NCBI GenBank assembly: GCA_040902075.1
Contig: JBBDXZ010000106.1
Span: 4,417-68,416 of the forward strand
Length of the DNA: 64,000 nucleotides
DNA from: Gemmatimonadaceae bacterium
GTDB lineage: Bacteria; Gemmatimonadota; Gemmatimonadetes; Gemmatimonadales; Gemmatimonadaceae
Direction: 5' to 3'
Position 1 is the stretch's first letter; every line of letters begins with the position of its first letter. This document shows, piece by piece, positions 8,543 through 17,010 of the stretch. The notes under the pieces are model-generated. The model was not told the DNA's origin, did no database searches, and saw only the letters and a program-made list of their open reading frames with translations. The position numbers and the translations under genes are program-made.

Positions 8543-9121
8543 TTGTCCGACCGCGAGCCCCACGTTACCGGTATATCGTTCCCCAACCGTTCCTTGGGTG
8601 TTCCCGACGTTCCTCGGCCTACCTCCACACCGGCGCGAGCGTCGCACCGTCCTTCACCGCGACAAGTCGTGATTCGCGAGCCTTACTCGGACCTTATCAC
8701 AGTTCTGGTATCACGGTCTCGGATTGAGCAGTCTCGACGTGTTTGCGCACCGGGGGAGGGCGGTGACCTGAGACTCTGCGCCTGCGAATCGATTCGTATC
8801 TTCGGGTCCGTCGTCGGGGGTCAGGGCGGGGAGGGTGGTCACGCGGTCGCTTACGCGCAGAACGGATGGTCGGGCGAGGCCGAAGGAGGTCCGGGCAACG
8901 CGGCGGGACATGTCTACTTCACAGGAATCGCGAATACGCCCTGCGCGGTCATGATCTCAGGGTCCGTCTCCGCCTCCATCGGCGGATGGGGCGGCGAAGT
9001 GGACGCGTACGGCGGCATGGGTGCCACGGCCGGCGGCAATGCGACGGCCATCGGCGGTCGAGCGGGTCCGGGCGGTGCGGGCCGCGTCGCGGTGGCGGCG
9101 AGCGTAACCGGGGTTCCTTAA
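8543..9121 (+). CDS. Possible glycine-rich orphan protein (weak)
   Basis: 192-aa ORF in the 785-bp gap between two minus-strand operons. The 3' two-thirds (GGQGGEGG...GGWGGEVDAYGGMGATAGGNATAIGGRAGPGGAG) has high third-position GC and the 5' third does not. There is no canonical internal start and no family recognised. Confidence 0.25.
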   Translation: MSDREPHVTGISFPNRSLGVPDVPRPTSTPARASHRPSPRQVVIREPYSDLITVLVSRSRIEQSRRVCAPGEGGDLRLCACESIRIFGSVVGGQGGEGGHAVAYAQNGWSGEAEGGPGNAAGHVYFTGIANTPCAVMISGSVSASIGGWGGEVDAYGGMGATAGGNATAIGGRAGPGGAGRVAVAASVTGVP

Positions 9122-9219
9122 CGTTTGCTCAGATGGCGTCAATGATCGACGCATTCAATCGCAGCCTTTTCCGCGTGCAACAGCCGCCCGCTTGATCTTT
9201 TACTTGCGAGTGCGAAACC

Positions 9220-10413
9220 CTATCTCCAGATCGGCGCCAACTGGGCTCCTTCACTCACGGCCTGATCCAACCGCGCCTCAGCCGCCTCCCACAACAGCGT
9301 CGTCGCATGCCGCACTCCGACTGGGAACGCCAGAATCCGCTCGGCATTGTTCGGCACGAGGTACCGCACCGCCTCGGCTAAACGCTCGAGCCGCACCTCG
9401 GGCGGAGGGTGCGCGTCGTGCGTGTACGGTCGATCGCTCTCCTCGGCCGCGCTCAACTTCGCGACGGCGCGATACACGAGCTCCACGATCGTGAAGAACA
9501 GCTCGACCCCGGTGTACACCAGCGTCAAGTCGGTCCGGTCCTTCAGGGCGTGGAAGGTCAACATCAGCCCCATCCAGTCCGCCTCGAATTCCTGCTGGTG
9601 CGACGCCACCAGCTCGTCCGCCTCCTCACTGAAGCTCATCAGCGCGCCGGAGCCATGAGCAATCTCGAGATGTCCCGCGAGGACGTGCCCGTACTCGTGC
9701 CCCATCACGAAATACTCCAGCGCTTCCCGGAATTCGGTGGCCGCCTTCGACGGCTGCCATTCCTGTATATAGGAAGGCGCCTTCACCGGTGTGCCGTCCA
9801 GCACGTACGCGAGCAGCGCTTCGGAGAATCGCTGAATGGCGCGGCCGTCGCCGCGGATGTGGCGCTCGACGTCTTCTTCTGCGGTCGAAAACGTGAGCCC
9901 TCCCTCCGCGGTCTCTTTGAACGGCAACGCGTACGCCACGGCTTTCGTGAAGAGCAGCGCAAAGACGAAGAAGTGGCTCTCGAACAGCACGAAGCGTCCA
10001 GGCACCAAGCGATGCTTGAGCGCGAGCGCGTTGACGCGCCGAGAGGGCAGGCTGCCGAACCAGATGCGGTGCGGACGCGGGAGCGACAGCTTGGCGATGA
10101 CGGCTTCGAGATCGGTCGAGATGTCGCCAAGGATTGTTTGCCAGAACGGGTTCTCGTACGGCGTGAACGGCTCCGTCCCACCAGAAAATGACTTGGTGAG
10201 CTCGTCGCGCATGTGGTCGCGATGATCCGGATGGAAGCTCTCCAGCACGCGCTCGAGGAACGCCGGGTCCAGCTTCTGGCGGAGAAGCGCGATGCTCTCG
10301 CGCTCGGCGTCACCGTATTCGCCGAGCTCGGATAACGTCTTCTCTTGAAGCTGGGTCAGAAACCGATACGCCGCCGCTTTCTCCGCCGCCGCCTCCGCCG
10401 CCTCTGAATCCAC
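9220..10413 (-). CDS. HExxH zinc metalloprotease, ImmA/IrrE(M78)-like motif arrangement
   Basis: 397-aa ORF with FVMGHEYGHVLAGH followed about 30 aa later by QQEFEADWMG (HExxH ... ExxA[D/N]). The GTG start overlaps the TAG stop of the upstream CHAT gene by 1 nt (TAGTG at 10411-10415), implying translational coupling. Confidence 0.7.
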   Translation of the reverse strand: MDSEAAEAAAEKAAAYRFLTQLQEKTLSELGEYGDAERESIALLRQKLDPAFLERVLESFHPDHRDHMRDELTKSFSGGTEPFTPYENPFWQTILGDISTDLEAVIAKLSLPRPHRIWFGSLPSRRVNALALKHRLVPGRFVLFESHFFVFALLFTKAVAYALPFKETAEGGLTFSTAEEDVERHIRGDGRAIQRFSEALLAYVLDGTPVKAPSYIQEWQPSKAATEFREALEYFVMGHEYGHVLAGHLEIAHGSGALMSFSEEADELVASHQQEFEADWMGLMLTFHALKDRTDLTLVYTGVELFFTIVELVYRAVAKLSAAEESDRPYTHDAHPPPEVRLERLAEAVRYLVPNNAERILAFPVGVRHATTLLWEAAEARLDQAVSEGAQLAPIWR

Positions 10414-13400
10414 TAACGCACCGCGGGCCTTCGCCGCGCCGTTTTGTCCGCCTTTTTGTCCGCCGTTATGTCCGCAGTCTTGTCACTCCACACGACGCGA
10501 CCGTCCGGATTGCCGTAGACGACGTAGGCGAGCCACGTTCCCTCGCGCGCGCGCATCGCGGCATCGCGCCCCGCGCGTGCCGCCGCGGCGATCGTCTTTC
10601 CCTTCCGCAGCTCCTTGTAGAACGCCTCGGTGAACGTGTGCGCCGGTTCGTCGCCCACCGCCCACAGCGTCCCGACGAACGCACCCGCGCCCTTGCCCAG
10701 GAACGCCTGCGCGAATCCACCGACGCTCGTGAGCTTCCAGTTGGGCCGCCCAACCTGGCAGGCGTTGAGCACCACCAGGGGACGATTACCCTGCGGCCCC
10801 GTGAGTGACGCATGCTGCTGCACCTGTTCGGAATCGAAGTACGAGGGCGTGTAGGTTTGTCCCGAGAGATCGCCACGCATCATGATCTTCGCCGCTGGCG
10901 ACGGAGCCTGCGACGTCTGGATCTCCGCCTCCCCATGTCCCGCGAAATGGAAGTGGTCGACACTGCCCGCGGTCGCGATCAGCTTCCGGATCGCGTTGAC
11001 TTCGGCGGCGTGCTCCTTCGCCCCCAGCTTGTCGCGTAGGAACGGGATCTCCTTCTGCGCCGCGGGGAGCTCCCAGTCCTTGACCGGATACGCCGGAATG
11101 ACGTAGTACGAGTGGCCTGCGCGGATGCGTATCTCGGGCGGAGCCGCCGGATAGTTGGCCAGCCACCGCACCAGCCCCTTCTGCGCCAGGAAGTGAGTCT
11201 CGGGTCCCAGAGACGACGCCGGCCTTCCGGGGACACGCGGCTCCTTGAGGTGGACGACCTCCCAAGGAATGAAGGGTTCCTTCGACGCCACGAGGATCGC
11301 GTCGAGCGTGTCGCGCGCGTCCCACAGCGGCCGCTGGATCTCCGGCGGCACGAGCTCGTCGAACAGCGTTCCTCCGAAAGCGCGCAGCTCCTGCTCGAAC
11401 GCTTCCACGTCCTCCTTGTTGCGCAGCCAGCGATCCTCGATCTGGCTGTACATGTTCGCGATGTAAGCGGCGCGATCCACTTTGAGGGGATCGGACACTC
11501 CGTCCACGAACTGATTGCGCCCCAGGATCAGCAGGAACTTGTAGCACAGCGACTTGCCGTGGCTCACCTCTTCGATGATGAGCATCGGGTACTCGCCGCC
11601 GCTCTGGGCAACCGGTTCCGCTTCAGCCTGCGCGGCCACCGACGCCGAGTCTTTCGCCGAGACTTTCGCCGCGATCTTGGGACGCAGAACCAACGTCGCC
11701 AGCTTCTGCACACCTTGAAGGATCAGGAGCTGGACCTCGCCCTGACCGTTGTGCGTCGGTTTCACCTGGAACATGAGATCGAATCGTCGCTGCGCCGTCG
11801 GATCGAGTACCGCGCGCGCTTCGCCCACTACGTCGATGTTCTTCGTGCCGATGAGCTGTACCACGAGCTCGCGCTCGAGGTTGACGGGCGCGTCGCCGCG
11901 CGCCTCCAGCACTCCCTCCACCGCTTCGATGACGTCGCGCGAGATCGTGGCGTGCACCTGCGTCGTCTTCTTCACCTGAACTGTCTGCGGCATGTGCGCG
12001 GAGAAATAGAACTTCGCGGTCGGTGGGCCGCCGCCGGCTGAGCCTTCACCGCCTCCCGCTCCCCCGCCGGAGCCCGCCGGCCCATCGGCAGGAGGAGGGG
12101 ACGTGCGAGGCGGAGGCGCGGACCGCGTCATTGCCTCCGCCATGCGAGGCATCGAACGCCGCCGCATCAGGTCCGCCATCACGATGTCGTCCGGATCGAT
12201 TCGCACACGTCCCGAATCACGCCTCCCCATCTTTCCGCTCGCGCGCCTCGGCGCGGGGGCTGCTGCCGGTGGAGCGCGCCTCGCTCCGCGTCGCACGCCC
12301 ATGGTCATGCTGCTCTTGATCTCCGCCACAGACTGGCCGAACGCCGGATCGATCACGGCGCGTGGAGCGATGCCGTCCAGCACGACGGTGCGAATCGCGG
12401 TGAACCCCCGGTTCCCGAAGTTCTCCCGCGGCGCGCGCGGGTTGCTCATCGGCACCGATCCCGACGCGCTGTCCTCGCCGAGCGCGAGCACGGGGTCGTC
12501 GTCCAACGCCTGCCACAGCGGTTCCTTCGGCTCGAAGCCCGCTGACGCCTGCCGCTTGGTCCCGTAGCCGAGCAGCTCTTCCGACCTGAACGCATAGACG
12601 TAGGGCTTGTAGGGCCGGTTGTCACGCATCACGACGACGTACTTCGGCAGCTCGGCGCGGATCGTGGCCAGGACGTCGCCGAATTGATCGTCTGATTGCA
12701 TCACCACGAACGACGTGTCCGCCTCGGCGGTCAGGCCCGCGGCAATCTCGATCTCGCCCGTGTGTCCCGCGTACCGGACATCCAGCTCCAGCCACTTCTC
12801 GAGTGCGCGCACGACCTCGGGTTGCGCGAAGTAGATCGTGTGATAGACGTGCGGGTTCTTTCCGAACTCCAGCTTGTCCTTCACGAATGCCCCCGCCGAG
12901 GGGTCGATGTGCGACATGGATCCGATTCCCACGAGCAGATCGTTCGGCTCGCGCATCAGCTTGTCCACGAACGAGTCCGCGAGCCACTGCTTCAAACGGG
13001 GAGAAAGCTCCGGCGCGCCGGGGCCGGTGAGATCGATGTTGAAGTCGGAGGACACGACGTAGAAGAGCGAGTCGGCGGCGCTCGGCTGTCCCTTCTGCGT
13101 CTTGTTGATCTCCGTGACGAAATCGCCGTCGGGCTCCATCGCGCTCAGACCGGGCGCACGGCGCTCGGAGATGGCGGCGGTGGCCAGATGCTTCACGAGC
13201 GTGCCCACCGTCTGCACCGTCTCCTTGATGATGACGCCGGCGCCGGGCGCGCCGAGCAGGGAGACGACGCGGCCGCCCGCGACCGCGATGTTGGTGTACA
13301 GATCGATGAGCTTCTTCCAGTTGTCGGGCTCGGCGAACTTGGTCCCGCCATTCGCGCCGCCCACGAATATCGCGCGTCGAACGCACGACCCCAGCGACGA

Positions 13401-14390
13401 ATGTGGGAGCAGATGCTCGATGAAGCTCCGCAGCACCAGCGCGCCCCGGCTGTGCGAGATCGCGTCGATGTGCGGCGCGATGCCGAAGCGGCTGCGCTCC
13501 AGCCGGGCCAACAGGTCGGTCGCGTTCTCGAGCGGGTCTTCCGAGAGCGTGGGATGATCGTATCCGACCACGACGTCGTACGTGTCCAGCGCGTCGGCGA
13601 GGAATGCCTTGCCCGCGTCGGTCGCCGTGAGCGCGCCGAACGCGCCCACCGTGCTGCTGAACGTCCCGTGCACGAACAGCAGGATCCGCGGCGCGCGGTC
13701 GGTGGGCAGGACCACCGTGCGCAGATCGTCCATCACCCGCCAGTCGCTCGGGTCGTCGGCATCCATGACGACGAACGCCTTGCGCGCGTTGCGCTCCAGG
13801 AACTTGATGCCCTGGCCGACCGCAAGGCGGGCGACGAACTTGAGCACGTAACCGCGAACCGTCTTCGCGACGAATCCCAGCGGTCCGCCGCGCCTGGTCC
13901 GCGTGCCGGCGCCAGTGCCGGTGCTGCTGCCAGTGACGCCGAGGTCGAAGGTGACGGTCTTGCGACGCCCCTCGACGAGCGGTCCGCGCCGGGTGGAGGG
14001 CGCGACTTCGACTTTCGAAGGCTCGATGCGCCACTCGTAGACGTCGTCCGTCTCGAGCAGCATGACCGCGTCTTCACCCTCGGCGAGATCGACGGTCGCC
14101 TTCCTGGGCTGTGCACGCGCGCCCCGCTTTGCAGTTGGCGGCTCGTCCGGAAGCTCGACCTCGAATGCCGCGATGAGCTCCATGTCCTGCGCGCGCAAAC
14201 TCTCGACGACCGGATCGGTCGTCCTCTCGCCTCGCGCCGTCGTGTCGCCGACGGAGATGGGGCCGCGGGGGAGGGGACGCCGTCCGCGTCGCACGCCGGC
14301 GTCCGGTGTGGGTGCAACGGAGAGGTCGCGTGCCGTAGCGCCGTCGGGGAGGTCGAGCTGAACACCGCCGACTGTGATGCTGATCGTCAT
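10413..14390 (-). CDS. Giant alpha/beta-hydrolase-CHAT fusion protease
   Basis: 1325-aa ORF. N-terminal third: ILLFVHGTFSS, the nucleophile elbow DAISHSRGALV, and later EPNDLLV and NPHVYH, which is a lipase/esterase-like Ser-Asp-His arrangement. Middle: a Pro/Gly low-complexity linker (PPPRTSPPPADGPAGSGGGAGGGEGSAGGG). C-terminus: a CHAT dyad, HFHFAGHGEAE and LVVLNACQVG, then AFVGTLWAV.D. Confidence 0.9.
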   Translation of the reverse strand: MTISITVGGVQLDLPDGATARDLSVAPTPDAGVRRGRRPLPRGPISVGDTTARGERTTDPVVESLRAQDMELIAAFEVELPDEPPTAKRGARAQPRKATVDLAEGEDAVMLLETDDVYEWRIEPSKVEVAPSTRRGPLVEGRRKTVTFDLGVTGSSTGTGAGTRTRRGGPLGFVAKTVRGYVLKFVARLAVGQGIKFLERNARKAFVVMDADDPSDWRVMDDLRTVVLPTDRAPRILLFVHGTFSSTVGAFGALTATDAGKAFLADALDTYDVVVGYDHPTLSEDPLENATDLLARLERSRFGIAPHIDAISHSRGALVLRSFIEHLLPHSSLGSCVRRAIFVGGANGGTKFAEPDNWKKLIDLYTNIAVAGGRVVSLLGAPGAGVIIKETVQTVGTLVKHLATAAISERRAPGLSAMEPDGDFVTEINKTQKGQPSAADSLFYVVSSDFNIDLTGPGAPELSPRLKQWLADSFVDKLMREPNDLLVGIGSMSHIDPSAGAFVKDKLEFGKNPHVYHTIYFAQPEVVRALEKWLELDVRYAGHTGEIEIAAGLTAEADTSFVVMQSDDQFGDVLATIRAELPKYVVVMRDNRPYKPYVYAFRSEELLGYGTKRQASAGFEPKEPLWQALDDDPVLALGEDSASGSVPMSNPRAPRENFGNRGFTAIRTVVLDGIAPRAVIDPAFGQSVAEIKSSMTMGVRRGARRAPPAAAPAPRRASGKMGRRDSGRVRIDPDDIVMADLMRRRSMPRMAEAMTRSAPPPRTSPPPADGPAGSGGGAGGGEGSAGGGPPTAKFYFSAHMPQTVQVKKTTQVHATISRDVIEAVEGVLEARGDAPVNLERELVVQLIGTKNIDVVGEARAVLDPTAQRRFDLMFQVKPTHNGQGEVQLLILQGVQKLATLVLRPKIAAKVSAKDSASVAAQAEAEPVAQSGGEYPMLIIEEVSHGKSLCYKFLLILGRNQFVDGVSDPLKVDRAAYIANMYSQIEDRWLRNKEDVEAFEQELRAFGGTLFDELVPPEIQRPLWDARDTLDAILVASKEPFIPWEVVHLKEPRVPGRPASSLGPETHFLAQKGLVRWLANYPAAPPEIRIRAGHSYYVIPAYPVKDWELPAAQKEIPFLRDKLGAKEHAAEVNAIRKLIATAGSVDHFHFAGHGEAEIQTSQAPSPAAKIMMRGDLSGQTYTPSYFDSEQVQQHASLTGPQGNRPLVVLNACQVGRPNWKLTSVGGFAQAFLGKGAGAFVGTLWAVGDEPAHTFTEAFYKELRKGKTIAAAARAGRDAAMRAREGTWLAYVVYGNPDGRVVWSDKTADITADKKADKTARRRPAVR
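10444..10486. repeat. 12-bp periodic (T/A)TGTCCG half-array embedded in the 3' end of the CHAT CDS (family 3)
   Basis: ttgtccg/ttgtccg/atgtccg/cttgtca at 12-bp spacing (unit ends at 10450, 10462, 10474, 10486). It encodes the tail DKTADITADKKADKTA. The same unit forms the intergenic arrays at 20823-20993, 22853-22927 and 26205-26223. Confidence 0.7.
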
Positions 14391-14453
14391 GTGGCCACCT
14401 GGGAGGGCGATCGAATGCCTATGCTACGGCGCGGGAAATCCGATGTCCATGTT

Positions 14454-14537
14454 GTCATCCCGAGCGCAGTCTGTCATCCCGAGCGCAGCGAGGGATCTGC
14501 AGTTGAAATGTCAGCCCGAGCGCAGCGAGGGATCTGC
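14454..14537 (+). repeat. Cluster of 2.5 tandem REP-like family-1 elements in a divergent control region
   Basis: A partial copy gtcatcccgagcgcag (14454-14469), a full copy at 14473-14500 and a full copy (gtcaGcccgag...) at 14510-14537. All lie inside the 249-bp spacer between the two divergent CHAT genes. Confidence 0.85.
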
Positions 14538-14639
14538 GCACTACTCCGCAATTCTTAACGTTTGTTAAGCCGAGTATTCGGCAGTATTGTGGGAGAGGCA
14601 TCCCACCTAGCTTGGCCTCGTACATCGTGAGGTACCAAA

Positions 14640-16982
14640 ATGCCCCTCGAGCGTGTACCCACCGTCCAGCAGATCCTGGACACCTTCCGTGCGGGCGACA
14701 GTGCGCGCCGCCGACGGCTCATCCAGGAGTGTTCGGCTACGTCCATGACCGACATGGCGCTCATGGCGGCCGGCATGGATATGACGACGATGCGCGCGCA
14801 GGCGCTCGACTTCCTCGCGATGAGCTACGCGAACTCGGGACCGCTGGACTGCGCCACCAACTTCGGCGCCGCCTGTTACCAGTTCTCGAGCGAGGAATAC
14901 GACTCCAGCGATCCGCGCGACGACGTCTACCTGCTGTGTGCGGGGCGCGGCGCGATCAGCTGGATGACGTCGCTCCAGCGGCAGGGCAGGCACACCGAGA
15001 TCCTCGCCGAGTCGGACACGGTCTTGGCCTGGCTCGGGAAAGCGGGTGACACGCAGAATGCCGACAGCCTTCGACTCAAGCAGATCGAAGCGCAGCTCGA
15101 CCTGGAGCGGTACGACGCCGCGGAGAAGCTCCTCGACGCTATCGACGAGGCCGCGCTTCCTCGGTTGGTGCAGGTGTCCTTTCGAGCGCTCCGCGAACGG
15201 CTGAAACAGCGCAAAGGCGGCGGCACCATGCTTTCCGAGGAGGCCGACGATCCCTCCGACGCTCTGAAGCGAGTGCTGGGCGTGAAGGTCGAGAAACGAG
15301 AGAAGCCGGCATCTCCCAAGGGTATCGCCACGGAGCAAACCTGGAAGGACGTGCAGGAGCTTGGCGACGCGACGCGCAGCGTCCTCGACAAACTGTTCAA
15401 GGGCGGAAGCGGGGAATTGGCCATCCGGCAGGAGATCCTGGAGGCCGCGTCGCTGTTCGCCGATCCCGTTGCCGGTCGCGACCGCGCGAGGATCGCGGAG
15501 AGCGAGGCGGTGTTGCTGCGCGCGCGGGATTGGATGGCTGAGAACAACTTTCCTGAAAACGAGAACGACGCGTGCTGGGGCTTGTATCTGTGCTACTCGC
15601 GCACGGCGCGGGAAGCGCTCGCGGCGGCCGAGTTGCAGCGCATTCGCGGGAACATCGAGATCGCTCGACTCAACATCGCGAGTCCCACGGAGCGGGCAAA
15701 CCTCTCCGCGCGCTTCCCCTACCTCTATCCCGCGCTGTGCACCATGCTGTACAAGCTCGATCGTCCCGCGGAGATGCTGGAGGCCATCGAGTCGAGCAAG
15801 GGCCGCGCGCTCGCGGACCTCGTCGCCCTGCGTGGCGGTGTGATTCTCCCCGACACGGCGTTAGCCAGCTCCGTCCGGGAGCTCCCGGCGCTCATGCAGC
15901 GGCTGGACGCGCATTACCACACATTTCTCGTGGATACCGACTGCACCTACACCGCGAGCGTCTTCAGCGACGGAAGCGTGCGGACGGGCAAAGTGAGTCT
16001 GGGGCAGGAGGCGCTCAACAAGCTCGCGAGCACGCTCGAGGACCACACGCGCCGCTCGGTTCCCGCCGTCCCACGAAAGTTCGGTGACGCGCTGGCGCCG
16101 CTGGTGAGTCATCTGGAGCCGCTCGTGCGCGCAGGGGTGATCCACAAGGGGGAGCACCTCTGCTATTCCCCGGACGACGCGATCCATGTGCTGCCGCTCC
16201 AGTGCGCCACCTTTCTCGGAGGCCCGCTCGTAAAGACCGTCTCCGTCTCGCGCGCGCAGGGCGCGCATTTTCTCGTCGAGCTCATGAAGCGGGAGCCGCT
16301 GCGACCCAAGACCTTCGTCGCCGTCGAGGTTCCCGCCGCCCAGGATCTCGAGTCCATTCCCAAGCTCCGGGCCTTTCGCGCGCCGGTGAAGTGGCTCGCT
16401 GACAACGTGAAGAAAGGTGAGACCATCGCCGGAGAGCAGGCGGATCTGGCAAGGGTGAGCGCGGCGAAGCTGTCCAACACGCTCGTGCACTTCGCGACGC
16501 ACGGTGTCTTCCCGTCGAAGGACCAGAAAGGGCAGGCCGCGAATCCATATCAGGCGTCGGGAATGCTGCTCGCGGCCAACGGCAAGCTGCCGGACCTGGA
16601 CGCCGTCGCGAGGGGCAAGGCGATCGAGCATTCGCTCACGCCAAAGTGCGCGGTGGAGCTCGAGCTCGATCTCTCACGCTCACATCTGACGCTGCAAGCC
16701 TGCGTCAGCGGTCTCGCCAGGGAAGGCATCGGCGGTGATGCGCTCGGACTGGAGTGGGCGTTTCTGCAACTGGGCGCCGCGAGCATCCTCGCGACGCACT
16801 GGGACGTTCGCGCGGACACGACCAGCGATTTCGTCGCACGATTCTATACGCGCTGGTTGACCAAAGGTGAAACGCGAGCCGTCGCGTGGAGGAGCACGAT
16901 CGAGGACTTCCTCGGCAGCAAGGGTGAGCTCGCCGAGGCGTACAACTGGTCCGCCTTTTCACTGTCCGGGGACTGGAGATAA
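14640..16982 (+). CDS. TPR-like/helical N-terminal domain + CHAT protease
   Basis: 780-aa ORF with a long helical N-terminal region. The CHAT region has SKGRALADL, the His in LVHFATHGVF and the Cys in HLTLQACVSGL, then ASILATHWDV.D. Confidence 0.9.
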   Translation: MPLERVPTVQQILDTFRAGDSARRRRLIQECSATSMTDMALMAAGMDMTTMRAQALDFLAMSYANSGPLDCATNFGAACYQFSSEEYDSSDPRDDVYLLCAGRGAISWMTSLQRQGRHTEILAESDTVLAWLGKAGDTQNADSLRLKQIEAQLDLERYDAAEKLLDAIDEAALPRLVQVSFRALRERLKQRKGGGTMLSEEADDPSDALKRVLGVKVEKREKPASPKGIATEQTWKDVQELGDATRSVLDKLFKGGSGELAIRQEILEAASLFADPVAGRDRARIAESEAVLLRARDWMAENNFPENENDACWGLYLCYSRTAREALAAAELQRIRGNIEIARLNIASPTERANLSARFPYLYPALCTMLYKLDRPAEMLEAIESSKGRALADLVALRGGVILPDTALASSVRELPALMQRLDAHYHTFLVDTDCTYTASVFSDGSVRTGKVSLGQEALNKLASTLEDHTRRSVPAVPRKFGDALAPLVSHLEPLVRAGVIHKGEHLCYSPDDAIHVLPLQCATFLGGPLVKTVSVSRAQGAHFLVELMKREPLRPKTFVAVEVPAAQDLESIPKLRAFRAPVKWLADNVKKGETIAGEQADLARVSAAKLSNTLVHFATHGVFPSKDQKGQAANPYQASGMLLAANGKLPDLDAVARGKAIEHSLTPKCAVELELDLSRSHLTLQACVSGLAREGIGGDALGLEWAFLQLGAASILATHWDVRADTTSDFVARFYTRWLTKGETRAVAWRSTIEDFLGSKGELAEAYNWSAFSLSGDWR

Positions 16983-17010
16983 AACCGCACTCTTGCGAGG
17001 AGACGTCACA

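Noticed and set aside
16867-17010. The longer start (16867) given by the ORF track for the second DUF1232-like gene.
   Set aside because: It would overlap the CHAT gene by 116 nt. The extra 48 aa are Arg/Ser/Pro-rich. The paralogue at 3107 begins at the equivalent of 17011.
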